DNA of 64,000 nt from Paracoccaceae bacterium (lineage in GTDB: Bacteria; Pseudomonadota; Alphaproteobacteria; Rhodobacterales; Rhodobacteraceae). A program made the translations under genes and the position numbers. Shown here one piece after another: positions 55,721 through 64,000 of this stretch (positions are counted from its first letter, which is position 1; every line of letters begins with the position of its first letter). The stretch is taken from positions 75,659-139,658 of the forward strand of contig JAPYON010000001.1 of NCBI GenBank assembly GCA_029938175.1, given 5' to 3'. A model generated the notes under the pieces. That model was not told where the DNA came from. It searched no databases and saw only the letters and a list, made by a program, of their open reading frames with translations.

Positions 55721-56274
55721 ACGAATTGCAAGATGGTGATTGTGGTGTTGCCGTATTTGCGGGTGTCCAGAGTTGTGAAGCCATCGGGTGGTTTTACGAC
55801 GGTGTTCTCTTCCCAGATTATCAGGGCGTTGTTGGCGATCCAGTTGCCTGCGATGCACGCAGCGAGTGCCTTTTCACCAAGCCTTTTGCCGTAGGGCGGG
55901 TCGAGGAAGATAACGCCGAATGGTTCTGAGCGATTTTTGCCGAGTTTGGTTGCGTTACGGCGATAGATTTTGGTCTGGTCGCGCACGCCGAGTTTGTTAA
56001 CGTTTTGTTTGATAAGGGCGTTTGCTTTGTTTCCGTCGTCGACGAATTGGACGTGGTTGGCGCCGCGACTGAGGGCCTCTAGGCCCAGCGCGCCCGTACC
56101 TGCGAACAGGTCTAGGACGTTTGTTCCTACGATTTCGGGATAGGAGCCGTGGGTTAGAACGTTGAACAGGCTTTCGCGGACACGGTCAGTGGTGGGGCGC
56201 AGATGGGCGCCTTCGTCGCCTTTGCCGAGGCCGGCCAATGCCGTGCTTTTGAACTTTCCGCCGATGATCCGCAT
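55717..56274 (-). CDS. rsmD: 16S rRNA m2G966 methyltransferase
   Basis: MRIIGG, LRPTTDRVRESLFN, LDLFAGTGALGLEALSRGA and FLDPPY. Confidence 0.95.
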   Translation of the reverse strand: MRIIGGKFKSTALAGLGKGDEGAHLRPTTDRVRESLFNVLTHGSYPEIVGTNVLDLFAGTGALGLEALSRGANHVQFVDDGNKANALIKQNVNKLGVRDQTKIYRRNATKLGKNRSEPFGVIFLDPPYGKRLGEKALAACIAGNWIANNALIIWEENTVVKPPDGFTTLDTRKYGNTTITILQFV

Positions 56275-57479
56275 TATAACAGCATTTTTAGGTCGGTGTC
56301 GGTGTCTTGAACCGCCGCTGGGTCGGGGGATCTGCCTGCCTCAATCAGGCGTTTGCCGACCATGTAGGCGCGCGGATCGTTCATGGCGTCTACGGCCAGT
56401 AATTCTGTGCCGTTGAAGTACCAGAACGACGTCGCTTTGTCCGAGATTCGGCTGATGACGCGGTCGTATCCGGTGTTTAGACCAGCGATTTGTAGTTTTA
56501 CATCGTATTGATCCGACCAGAACCATGGTTTGGCGCGGTATTCAACCTCAGCGCCAAGCATTGCGGCGGCGGTTGCTTCGGCTTGTTCAATCGCGTTGGG
56601 AACGCTTTCGAGGCGAATTCGGGCGGATTTATGCGGAAAACTAGCGCAATCTCCGGCGGCGAATATCGCGGGGTCAGAGGTGCGTCCCAAGCCGTCTACC
56701 TTGATGCCGTTGTCGATTGTCAGGCCGATGTTTTCGGCCAAACTGGTGGAGGGGCGAATACCTACGCCAACGACGGCGAAGTCGATTTTCAGTTCTGTGC
56801 CGTCGGACAGGGTGGCAGAGGACACCTGTCCATCGTCTCCGCTCAACGATGCCAGCCCGACACCTTCGCGAAGATCAACGCCGCGCGTGGTGTGGAGCGT
56901 GCGGAAATAGTCGGATGTTTCGGGCGCGGCCACCCTTTGCAGGATGCGCTCGGCCATTTCAACCAGTGTTACGTGAACGCCACGGGTTACAGCAACGGCG
57001 GCGGCCTCAAGGCCGATGTATCCGCCACCGACGATGAGTGCGCGCTTGCCCTTAATGAAATCGGCAGCAATGGCATCTGCATCGGCGAGAGTACGAACTG
57101 TATAAACGCCCTTCAGGTTTCCACCGATAGAGGGCGGCAGTTGAATTGGGTCAGAACCGGTGGTCAGGGCGAGTTGGTCGTATGCCAGCACCTCGTCATT
57201 ATTGAGGGTTACGGTCTTGGATGTGCGGTCAATCGCGTTGACCTGAACACCAAGTCGCAGAGATATGTTCTGATCGGCGTAGAATACTTCGGGGCGAAGG
57301 AACAGGCGCTCCACATCCATTTCTCCCAGCATATATTTTTTGGATAGCGGTGGGCGTTGGTAGGGTGGAACGGGTTCCGCGCCGATCAGGGTAATCGGGC
57401 CGACAGACCCGAGCGCGCGCAGTTTGACAACAAGGGAATACCCTGCCTGACCTGCGCCGATAACTATAATGCCTGCCAT
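56274..57479 (-). CDS. NAD(P)/FAD-dependent oxidoreductase (ferredoxin reductase type)
   Basis: IGAGQAG, PYQRPPLSK, VGGGYIGLEAA, FAAGDC and PWFWSDQY. Confidence 0.93.
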   Translation of the reverse strand: MAGIIVIGAGQAGYSLVVKLRALGSVGPITLIGAEPVPPYQRPPLSKKYMLGEMDVERLFLRPEVFYADQNISLRLGVQVNAIDRTSKTVTLNNDEVLAYDQLALTTGSDPIQLPPSIGGNLKGVYTVRTLADADAIAADFIKGKRALIVGGGYIGLEAAAVAVTRGVHVTLVEMAERILQRVAAPETSDYFRTLHTTRGVDLREGVGLASLSGDDGQVSSATLSDGTELKIDFAVVGVGIRPSTSLAENIGLTIDNGIKVDGLGRTSDPAIFAAGDCASFPHKSARIRLESVPNAIEQAEATAAAMLGAEVEYRAKPWFWSDQYDVKLQIAGLNTGYDRVISRISDKATSFWYFNGTELLAVDAMNDPRAYMVGKRLIEAGRSPDPAAVQDTDTDLKMLL

Positions 57480-57481
57480 GG

Positions 57482-57781
57482 TTATCCTGCTAATTGATCC
57501 ATTTTTCGCGCCATTTTCACGTCGCGCATTGATAATCCGTCTACGTCATGGCTGGTTAGCAGCACTTCGACGGTGCGGTAAACGTTAAACCACTCGGGGT
57601 GGTGGTTCATTTTCTCGGACCATATTGCGATTTGGGACATCCAACCGAATGCCGATATGAAGTTTTTGAACACAAAGGTTTTGGTAAGGGAGTCGCGGTC
57701 GGTTTGCAGAGTCCATCCGGCGGCTTGGAGTTCTGGAAGAAACTCGGCCCGTTCGGCTGCTGTTAATGGCGGTGAAAGCAT
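57482..57781 (-). CDS. 4a-hydroxytetrahydrobiopterin dehydratase
   Basis: EKMNHHPEWFNVY..LTSHDVDGLS. Confidence 0.93.
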   Translation of the reverse strand: MLSPPLTAAERAEFLPELQAAGWTLQTDRDSLTKTFVFKNFISAFGWMSQIAIWSEKMNHHPEWFNVYRTVEVLLTSHDVDGLSMRDVKMARKMDQLAG

Positions 57782-57783
57782 CT

Positions 57784-58929
57784 TTAATCCCCTGATTTCT
57801 TGAATGGGCCAATGGCGGCGAGGAATTCGATATCTTCGTCCACGGCCGCGCGTTCATCGGTTAAGAATTGGTTAACGGCGCGCTCAAACCCTTCGTCTGC
57901 AATCCAGTGTAGGGAATAAACCGGACTAGGCATATAGCCGCGCGCGAGTTTGTGTTCCCCTTGTGCGCCCGCCTCTACGCGGGCCATCTGGTGTTTAATG
58001 GCGTAGTCGATGGCTTGGTAATAGCACAATTCAAAATGCAAATACCGGTGATCTTCGGCGCAGCCCCAGTAGCGGCCAAATAGCGTTTCTCTGCCGATAA
58101 AATTTAATGCGCCAGCGACATAGTTGCCGTCGCGGATCGCCAAAATCAGCAGGATGTCGTTGCGAAGGGTTTGTTGGGCAATGTCGAAGAATTCACGTGT
58201 CAGATAGGGCGTGCCCCATTTGCGGGCGCCAGTGTCTTGGTAGAATTGCCAGAATGCATCCCAATGTTCAGGCTGAATTTGGTCACCGGTTAGCTGAAGT
58301 ATTTCGCCACCGAAACTTTGCGCTAGTCGGCGTTCCTTGCGGATCATCTTACGCTTGCGGCTGGAGAGTTTCGCAAGGAATCCGTCGAAACCCGCATACC
58401 CGTCATTCTCCCAATGAAATTGCTGCCCAATTCGTTGCATCAGTCCGAATTTTGGGCCGAGGTTGTATTCGTCCTCGGTGCAAAACGTGATGTGGAAGCT
58501 GGAGACACGATTTTCGTTGGCGGTCTGGATGGCCGCTTGAACCAAGGCGTTTAGACCCGTTTCGGTCTTGGTCAGCAGGCGCTGGCCTGTTGCGGGCGTG
58601 AAGGGCACGGCGCATTGGAGTTTCGGGTAATACCGCCCACCAGCGCGTTCAAATGCGCCTGCCCATGCGTGGTCGAACACATATTCGCCTTGGGAATGGC
58701 CTTTGGCATAAAGGGGCATGACGCCGACGATTTCGCCGTCTAGTCGCGCCACTAAATGCCTTGGTATCCAGCCTGTGCCGTTCCCGACGGAACCGCTTTC
58801 TTCCAATGCCAGCAGGAAACGATGGGCTGTGAACGGGTCGCTACTGTCGGTGCATCCGTCCCATTCGGCGGCGGGTATGGCGGCGATGCTGCCGACTACG
58901 CTGACCTCGGTTTGCGGGGCATCGGACAT
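57784..58929 (-). CDS. GNAT/FemAB-like acyltransferase (DUF482 type)
   Basis: HSQGEYVFDHAWA, YYPKLQCAVPFTP, LFGRYWG, LHFELCYYQAI and AGAQGEHKLARGY. Confidence 0.92.
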   Translation of the reverse strand: MSDAPQTEVSVVGSIAAIPAAEWDGCTDSSDPFTAHRFLLALEESGSVGNGTGWIPRHLVARLDGEIVGVMPLYAKGHSQGEYVFDHAWAGAFERAGGRYYPKLQCAVPFTPATGQRLLTKTETGLNALVQAAIQTANENRVSSFHITFCTEDEYNLGPKFGLMQRIGQQFHWENDGYAGFDGFLAKLSSRKRKMIRKERRLAQSFGGEILQLTGDQIQPEHWDAFWQFYQDTGARKWGTPYLTREFFDIAQQTLRNDILLILAIRDGNYVAGALNFIGRETLFGRYWGCAEDHRYLHFELCYYQAIDYAIKHQMARVEAGAQGEHKLARGYMPSPVYSLHWIADEGFERAVNQFLTDERAAVDEDIEFLAAIGPFKKSGD

Positions 58930-61577
58930 TATTTGTCCAGCATTTTGCGTAATGCGTAAATCAGTGCGAGGGCTTCGCGGGCGGAAAGCTCGTCGGGGTG
59001 GGTGTCGCGCAAACGATCTTCGATTTTGGAGGGTCGCGCCGGCCGCGGTGCAGGTTTCGGGTTCGTACTGAACAAGGGTAGGTCGTCAATCAGGGTTTCG
59101 GCCTTGCCGCCACCGTCGCGATCCTTCTGTTCCAGCGCGTCCAGAACATCGCGGGCACGTTCAACCACTGCAGCTGGCAAGCCAGCGAGTTTGGCAACTT
59201 GCACGCCGTAGGATCTGTCGGCGGCGCCTTCGCGAACCTCGTGCAGAAAGATCACTTCGCCCTCCCATTCGCGCACAGAGACGGTGGCGTTTTTGAGGCC
59301 AGAGAGCTTCGCGGTCAGGGCCGAAAGCTCGTGATAATGCGTGGCGAACAGGGTCCGGCAATGGTTAACGTCGTGTAGGTGTTCAAGCGTGGCCCAAGCA
59401 ATTGACAGGCCGTCATAAGTGGCCGTACCGCGTCCGATTTCGTCGAGGATCACTAATGCGCGTTCGCCTGCCTGATTGAGAATCGCCGCTGTTTCCACCA
59501 TTTCAACCATAAAAGTTGAGCGTCCACGGGCAAGGTCGTCTGCCGCGCCAACACGTGAGAATAGCTGGTCTATTAAGCCGATATGAGCTGATGTGGCGGG
59601 GACGTAGGCGCCCATCTGTGCCAGCAAGGCGATTAGCGCATTTTGGCGTAGGAATGTAGATTTACCCGCCATGTTCGGGCCTGTCAGTAGCCAAACAGGG
59701 CGGGTGTTTTCTTCGCCTGCGGTCAGGTCGCAATCGTTGGCCACGAATGGCTCGCCCGATCGACGAAGTGCTTGTTCGACCACCGGATGACGGCCCCTCT
59801 CGATAATGAACGTGCGCGAAGCGTCCATTTGTGGACGAACCCAGTTTTCACCCACTGCAATGTCGGCCAGCCCTGCGGCGAGGTCAGTTTCAGCCAGTGC
59901 CTTGGCTGCCTGTGCTATCTGCGCGGCTTGATCCATTATTGCGGCGCGCAAAATTCCAAAGATGTTTTTCTCGATCTCCAGCGCCCTCCCGCCAGCGTTC
60001 AAGATTTTCGTTTCCATTTCGGAAAGCGGGACCGTCGTGAAACGCACTTGGTTAGCGGTGGTCTGGCGATGGATAAAAGTTTCGGACAGCGGTTCGGATA
60101 ACATCTTGTCGGCGTGACTAGCGGGAGTTTCGACGAAGTATCCTAGCACGTTGTTATGTTTGATCTTGATGGAGGTGATCCGCGTCAGCGTCGCATATTC
60201 CGCCTGCATGGTGGCGATAACGCTGCGACCTTCGTCGCGAAGTTTACGCGCCTCGTCCAGATCCTCGTGAAACCCGACAGCAACAAATCCGCCGTCACGA
60301 GTTAATAATGGCGGTTCAACAATCAGGGCGTTGTCCAGTAATTTGACCAGATCGTCGTGGCCCGTCATATCTTTGGCGGCGCGTTGCAGCAGTTCGGGCA
60401 ACGTTTTGGTTAGAGATGCCGAAAGTGCCCCCGCTTGTGCAAGGCCGCTGCGAAGGGCGGCGATGTCGCGAGGGCCTCCGCGATCCAGCGCGAGGCGAGA
60501 GAGCGCGCGCTCCATGTCGGGGGCTTGGCGCAATGTATCGCGGGTGCCGTCGGCCAAGGCGCGGTTCTCGACGAAATGCGCGACGGCGTCGTGGCGGGCG
60601 TTAATGGTTTTCAGGTCGGTCGAAGGGCTGTTCAGACGTGTTCCCAAAAGCCGTGAGCCGCCGCCGGTGACCGTCCGGTCTATGGTCGCCAGTAATGACC
60701 CTTGGCGTTCGCCCGCAAGGTTTCGCACAAGTTCAAGGTTGCGGCGGGTTGCGGTATCGATTTGTACGGTGCCGCCACTCAATTCCTTCATTGGAGGGCG
60801 TAGCAGCGGCAGTTTTCCACGTTGTGTGATGTCGAGGTAGTCAACAATCGCGCCCATGGCGGCGATTTCGGAGCGTTCGAAATTTCCGAATGCGTCGAGG
60901 GATTTGATCTTGAACAGGTCTGTCAGGCGGCCGTCGGCGGCAGTGGAATCAAAACTGGCGGCGGATAGCGGGGTTAAGGAGGCGCCTGCTTCTTCGATCG
61001 TTTCGCGCAGCGCTTCCGCGACGGAGTCTGTTGTCAGAACTTCGCGTGGGGCGAGCCGCGCTAGTGTCGGGCCAAGGGTAACACGGCTGATCGGGGTCAC
61101 GTGGAAATCGCCGATGGAAACATCCACCCAGCTTATCGCCATCTGCCCACGCACATCGGAGATGGCGGCAAGATAGTTGTGGGCGCGCGCATCCAACAGG
61201 GAATCTTCGGTCAACGTTCCGGGGGTGACCAAACGGGTGACATCGCGTTTAACGATGGCCTTGTAGCCGCGCTTCTTGGCTTCGGCTGGATTTTCCAACT
61301 GCTCGGTCACTGCGACGCGGAACCCCTTGCGGATCAGAGTCAGCAGGTATCCATCGGCGGCATGATGGGGGACACCGCACATGGCGATGTCTTTGCCTTC
61401 GTGCTTGCCCCGTTTGGTTAACGCAATGTCCAGTACGGCGGAGGCGGCCACTGCATCGTTAAAAAACATCTCGTAAAAGTCGCCCATGCGGTAGAACAGC
61501 AACGCATCGGGATACCGCGCTTTGATCTCCAGATACTGCGCCATCATGGGCGTAACCGAGTTTTCTTTTGCAGCCAT
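58929..61577 (-). CDS. mutS: DNA mismatch repair protein MutS
   Basis: TPMMAQY, FYRMGDFYEMF, GPNMAGKSTFLRQ, GRSTFMVEM, DEIGRGT and SYGVQVAKLAG. Confidence 0.98.
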   Translation of the reverse strand: MAAKENSVTPMMAQYLEIKARYPDALLFYRMGDFYEMFFNDAVAASAVLDIALTKRGKHEGKDIAMCGVPHHAADGYLLTLIRKGFRVAVTEQLENPAEAKKRGYKAIVKRDVTRLVTPGTLTEDSLLDARAHNYLAAISDVRGQMAISWVDVSIGDFHVTPISRVTLGPTLARLAPREVLTTDSVAEALRETIEEAGASLTPLSAASFDSTAADGRLTDLFKIKSLDAFGNFERSEIAAMGAIVDYLDITQRGKLPLLRPPMKELSGGTVQIDTATRRNLELVRNLAGERQGSLLATIDRTVTGGGSRLLGTRLNSPSTDLKTINARHDAVAHFVENRALADGTRDTLRQAPDMERALSRLALDRGGPRDIAALRSGLAQAGALSASLTKTLPELLQRAAKDMTGHDDLVKLLDNALIVEPPLLTRDGGFVAVGFHEDLDEARKLRDEGRSVIATMQAEYATLTRITSIKIKHNNVLGYFVETPASHADKMLSEPLSETFIHRQTTANQVRFTTVPLSEMETKILNAGGRALEIEKNIFGILRAAIMDQAAQIAQAAKALAETDLAAGLADIAVGENWVRPQMDASRTFIIERGRHPVVEQALRRSGEPFVANDCDLTAGEENTRPVWLLTGPNMAGKSTFLRQNALIALLAQMGAYVPATSAHIGLIDQLFSRVGAADDLARGRSTFMVEMVETAAILNQAGERALVILDEIGRGTATYDGLSIAWATLEHLHDVNHCRTLFATHYHELSALTAKLSGLKNATVSVREWEGEVIFLHEVREGAADRSYGVQVAKLAGLPAAVVERARDVLDALEQKDRDGGGKAETLIDDLPLFSTNPKPAPRPARPSKIEDRLRDTHPDELSAREALALIYALRKMLDK

Positions 61578-61670
61578 GTTGCGCGAACTTCCCCATAGGT
61601 ATGAACGGTGTTTTCTAGCATGCTGTATCCGAATGTGGAACCACTTGCAGAAGCGGTTTATAATGGATAC

Positions 61671-61687
61671 TTTAGAATAATTCTAAA
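61671..61687. promoter_or_regulatory. Irr iron control element (ICE)
   Basis: TTTAGAA-TAA-TTCTAAA palindrome 11 nt before the mbfA ATG; matches the ICE consensus. Confidence 0.85.
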
Positions 61688-61698
61688 AAGGTGAAGCT

Positions 61699-62673
61699 AT
61701 GCTGCAATCATTCACGAACCGACGTAATTTCAAGGGCCTGTCCGAAGCCGAGGTGCTTGCACTTGCGATTTCGTCCGAGGAGGATGATGCACGGATATAC
61801 GCGACCTATGCGCACGAATTACGCGAAGAATACCCCGCAACGGCGGCCGTATTCGACGAGATGGCCGCCGAGGAAAACACTCATCGCAAGCTGTTGATCG
61901 ACGTGTTTACTGCCCGTTTTGGCGATGTAATCCCGCTTATCCGACGTGAACATGTGGCAGGGTATTACAACCGAAGCCCCGTCTGGTTGGTGCAGAACCT
62001 TGGTTTGGCGCGCATCCGCGAAGAAGCACAGAAGATGGAGCGGGATGCGCAGAATTTTTACTTGACGGCGGCAGGGCGATCGTCTGATCCGGCAACTCGC
62101 AAACTGTTGGGCGATTTGGCCGAGGCAGAGGGCCAGCACGAGCAATCTGCCGCTCGTATGTCAATCGATCTGGATTCCGACGTGGGAGACGCGGAAAAAA
62201 CCAGTGAGCACCGCCAATTTGTGCTGACTTGGGTGCAACCGGGGTTGGCGGGCTTGATGGATGGTTCAGTTTCCACCCTTGCGCCTATATTTGCCACTGC
62301 ATTTGCGACGCAGGACCCTAAAACGACGCTGCTCGTGGGTCTGGCAGCTTCAATCGGGGCTGGAATTTCGATGGGGTTTACCGAGGCGGCGCATGATGAT
62401 GGAGTCATCTCGGGTCGGGGCGCGCCGTGGAAACGCGGTTTGGCCTCGGGTGTTATGACCACGTTAGGTGGTTTGGGCCACGCGCTACCGTATCTGATTG
62501 CGGATTTCTGGACGGCGACGTTTATCGCGTTCTTTGTTGTGTTTGTAGAACTTTGGGCGATTGCGTGGATTCAGAACCGGTATATGGAAACCTCGTTCGG
62601 CAAGGCAATTTTTCAGGTGGTTCTGGGCGGCAGTCTGGTTCTGGCGGTCGGGATTCTTATAGGCGCCGGGTAG
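61699..62673 (+). CDS. mbfA: Iron exporter MbfA (ferritin-like plus VIT1/CCC1 domain)
   Basis: LALAISSEEDD..EENTH ferritin-like domain; QPGLAGLMDGSVSTLAP and GAGISMGFTEA membrane domain. Confidence 0.93.
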   Translation: MLQSFTNRRNFKGLSEAEVLALAISSEEDDARIYATYAHELREEYPATAAVFDEMAAEENTHRKLLIDVFTARFGDVIPLIRREHVAGYYNRSPVWLVQNLGLARIREEAQKMERDAQNFYLTAAGRSSDPATRKLLGDLAEAEGQHEQSAARMSIDLDSDVGDAEKTSEHRQFVLTWVQPGLAGLMDGSVSTLAPIFATAFATQDPKTTLLVGLAASIGAGISMGFTEAAHDDGVISGRGAPWKRGLASGVMTTLGGLGHALPYLIADFWTATFIAFFVVFVELWAIAWIQNRYMETSFGKAIFQVVLGGSLVLAVGILIGAG

Positions 62674-62739
62674 GTTGTAGTCGCCATTAGCCGCGCGTAA
62701 GGTTCTTAAATCCAATTATGGCTGACAGAAAGTGATGAA

Positions 62740-64000
62740 ATGCCGAATAATACCAAAGTTACAGACGAAGAGGCGCTAGCCTATCACCTTGAACCCACGC
62801 CGGGCAAGCTTGAGGTGGTTGCGTCAACACCAATGGCCACGCAGCGGGATTTGTCGCTGGCTTATTCCCCCGGGGTTGCCGTTCCGGTGCAGGCTATCGC
62901 CGACAATCCTGCAACGGCATATGACTACACTACGAAGGGGAATTTGGTTGCTGTGATCACAAATGGCTCAGCCATTTTGGGGATGGGAAACCTTGGGGCG
63001 TTGGCCTCGAAACCTGTGATGGAGGGCAAGGCGGCGCTGTTCAAGAGGTTCGCCGATGTGAACGCTATCGATATAGAACTCGACACCCAAGACCCTGACG
63101 AGATTATCAACGCAGTGCGCCTTATGGGGCCGACGTTTGGTGGCATTAACCTTGAGGACATCAAAGCGCCGGAGTGTTTTATCATTGAGCAGCAGCTTAA
63201 AGAGATGATGGACATTCCTGTTTTTCACGACGACCAGCACGGCACGGCGGTTATTTGTGCGGCGGGGCTGATTAATGCGCTGCATCTCTCGGGCAAAAAG
63301 ATCGAGAATTGTCGAATTGTGGTTAACGGTGCTGGCGCGGCGGGAATCGCATGTATAGAGCTGATGAAATCCATGGGCGCCAAGCATAACAACTGTTTTC
63401 TGTGCGACACCAAAGGCGTGATTTATCAAGGCCGAACCGAGGGTATGAACCAGTGGAAATCAGCGCACGCCGCGAAAACCAAGGCGCGGACGCTGGATGA
63501 GGCCATGGATAATGCGGATGTGTTTATCGGCGTTTCCGTAAAGGGCGCAGTGACGGCTGATATGGTCAAAAGCATGGCGGCGAACCCGGTGATTTTCGCC
63601 ATGGCAAACCCTGATCCCGAAATTACCCCCGAAGAAGCCCACGCCGTTCGCGAAGATGCGATCGTGGCGACTGGGCGTTCGGATTACCCCAATCAGGTGA
63701 ATAACGTTCTGGGCTTTCCCTATCTTTTCCGCGGCGCATTGGACATCCATGCCCGCGCAATCAATGACGAGATGAAAATCGCCTGCGCCGAGGCGCTGGC
63801 TGCGTTGGCCCGCGAGGATGTGCCGGACGAGGTTGCGCTGGCTTATGGCAAGAAACTGGCATTCGGGCGGGATTATATTATTCCGACGCCGTTTGATCCT
63901 CGTCTTATCTATGTGATCCCGCCAGCAGTGGCCAAGGCCGGTATGGATACGAGCGTTGCGCGGCGGCCCATCATTGATATGGAAGCCTATGAACTAAGCT
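62740..64000 (+). CDS. maeB: NADP-dependent malic enzyme, N-terminal part running off the window (not in ORF track)
   Basis: Own translation: MPNNTKVTDEEALAYHLEPTPGK..DLSLAYSPGVA..KPVMEGKAALFK..NLEDIKAPECF..FHDDQHGTA..NQVNNVLGFP. Confidence 0.95.
   Translation, partial: MPNNTKVTDEEALAYHLEPTPGKLEVVASTPMATQRDLSLAYSPGVAVPVQAIADNPATAYDYTTKGNLVAVITNGSAILGMGNLGALASKPVMEGKAALFKRFADVNAIDIELDTQDPDEIINAVRLMGPTFGGINLEDIKAPECFIIEQQLKEMMDIPVFHDDQHGTAVICAAGLINALHLSGKKIENCRIVVNGAGAAGIACIELMKSMGAKHNNCFLCDTKGVIYQGRTEGMNQWKSAHAAKTKARTLDEAMDNADVFIGVSVKGAVTADMVKSMAANPVIFAMANPDPEITPEEAHAVREDAIVATGRSDYPNQVNNVLGFPYLFRGALDIHARAINDEMKIACAEALAALAREDVPDEVALAYGKKLAFGRDYIIPTPFDPRLIYVIPPAVAKAGMDTSVARRPIIDMEAYELS

Noticed and set aside
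61580-61610. LexA (GAAC-N7-GAAC) box upstream of mutS
   Set aside because: The two GAAC half-sites are far more than 7 nt apart.

Overview
Core chromosomal region of a Rhodobacterales (Roseobacter-type) alphaproteobacterium around the rpsT-dnaA-dnaN-recF-gyrB locus. Intact genes cover replication and repair (dnaA, dnaN, recF, gyrB, polA, mutS, mutM, rnhB, xseB, ccrM), respiration and redox control (regB-senC-regA, petABC, hemF, hemH), thiamine uptake under a TPP riboswitch (thiBPQ), glycine cleavage (gcvTHP), isoprenoid synthesis (ispA, dxs), aroC, Mla components, adenine salvage (ade, amn), an Irr-box-controlled mbfA, tRNA-Arg(CCT) and a malic enzyme that runs off the window. No CRISPR array, prophage or intact transposase was found, and I found no clear-cut novel multi-gene system. 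The most notable signals are: (1) a candidate oriC or cell-cycle hub between rpsT and a rhodanese-dnaA pair, with a perfect DnaA box, a perfect CtrA box and four GANTC sites; (2) gene-order evidence for a ~36.5-kb inversion centred near that site; (3) about 14 decayed or deletion-fused accessory gene remnants among intact core genes, indicating active genome erosion; (4) a 159-bp element with terminal inverted repeats at a possible rearrangement breakpoint. Product calls come from motif recognition by eye, and coordinates of remnants and adjusted starts are approximate.
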